A DNA stretch of 64,000 bases, taken from contig CP075495.1 of NCBI GenBank assembly GCA_021613535.1, forward strand, positions 10,354,001-10,418,000, read 5' to 3'. The notes under the pieces were generated by a model. The model saw only the letters and a program-made list of their open reading frames with translations. It was not told the origin of the DNA and did no database searches. Positions 63,401-64,000 of the stretch are shown piece by piece (position 1 is the first letter of the stretch; each line of letters opens with the position of its first letter). The position numbers were made by a program, and so were the translations under genes. The stretch comes from Adineta vaga (Eukaryota; Animalia; Rotifera).

Positions 63401-63971
63401 AATAATCATAGAGACAATAAGCAACGGACGATTCCTATTAGTAATAATGATGTCAATAAATATTTTCATTTGTTTGTCATAATATTGATTCGGTTGAATC
63501 GGTAGTTTATCATAATTTGATTAGTTCTTTTTCTTATATGTACATTGAAAAATTCAAAATGATGATCATCAATGACAAGTCATTCTCATCGATGAAGAAA
63601 TATAAAACAATTTAATGAATATAGATCAATCACATATTACAATATAAGAAATAATTAGTTTTTCTTTTGAAATTTAACAGTTACTTTTGTTTTAGTTAAC
63701 TTATACGTCCATTCTTTTCTTTCCCTGTTAGAATAAATGAAGCACTGTTGGAAGAAAACTATATATGCTAGACGTTTTCTTACCTGTGAAAGAAAACAGA
63801 TGAATTATTTTGTCAATAATAAAAAAATAATTATTTCTTGGACGTTTTTTCTTTTTTGATTTTTCAAAATAAATACAAAAAAAACTTCATGGATACATCG
63901 ATATATTGATAAATTTTTAATTAAAAAGTCCAAAGAAGATTTTCTATATAGGAAAATCAAAGGAAGTCTTT

Positions 63972-64000
63972 TTCTTCTTCTTCTTCTTCTTCTTCTTCTC
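63972..64000. repeat. (TTC)n microsatellite running to the window edge
   Basis: About 9 TTC units. Confidence 0.9.

Noticed and set aside
1-64000. CRISPR arrays, prokaryotic operons, rRNA/tRNA genes, transposase or reverse-transcriptase ORFs
   Set aside because: I saw no repeat-spacer array, structural-RNA signature or mobile-element coding motif. The DNA is intron-rich and eukaryotic. A covariance-model scan was not possible.
58262-64000. (GAA)n at about 58262 complementary to (TTC)n at the window end
   Set aside because: Simple repeats of this type occur throughout the window, so the complementarity is uninformative.

Overview
This window is AT-rich (roughly 30% GC by eye), gene-dense eukaryotic DNA with many 50-70 nt GT-AG introns. 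The gene set is metazoan, mixed with a few genes of fungal or microbial type, which fits a bdelloid rotifer (inference, not proven). Genes in order: the 3' part of THUMPD1; INSIG; a 3-Ig GPI-anchored IgLON/lachesin-like gene whose introns contain three complete genes (an orphan polytopic membrane protein, a solo C2 protein and an intronless TGF-beta/activin-type ligand); a degenerate hypothetical gene; a 56-aa single-pass microprotein missed by the ORF track; UBE2J1; a vWA protein; an SK/KCNN channel; an AKAP1-like KH-Tudor gene head-to-head with Munc18/STXBP1; a tightly packed MRPS18A-NUDT22-cyclin H run; a WSC/mucin/KIAA1549-like receptor with three frameshifts; sterol C24-methyltransferase; and a cholinergic locus (intron-containing VAChT upstream of ChAT). 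The best leads are: (1) an operon-like MRPS18A-NUDT22-CCNH unit in which the NUDT22 stop codon directly abuts the cyclin H ATG and also looks like a splice acceptor, suggesting trans-spliced polycistronic processing; (2) the same two motifs, an SRE-like TCACGCCAT and TCTGTCGAAA, in the promoters of both sterol genes (INSIG and SMT), suggesting a SREBP-type regulon; (3) the nested IgLON locus, with a divergent TGF-beta ligand preceded by a cluster of nuclear-receptor half-sites. All gene calls come from reading the sequence and recalling family motifs; no searches were run.
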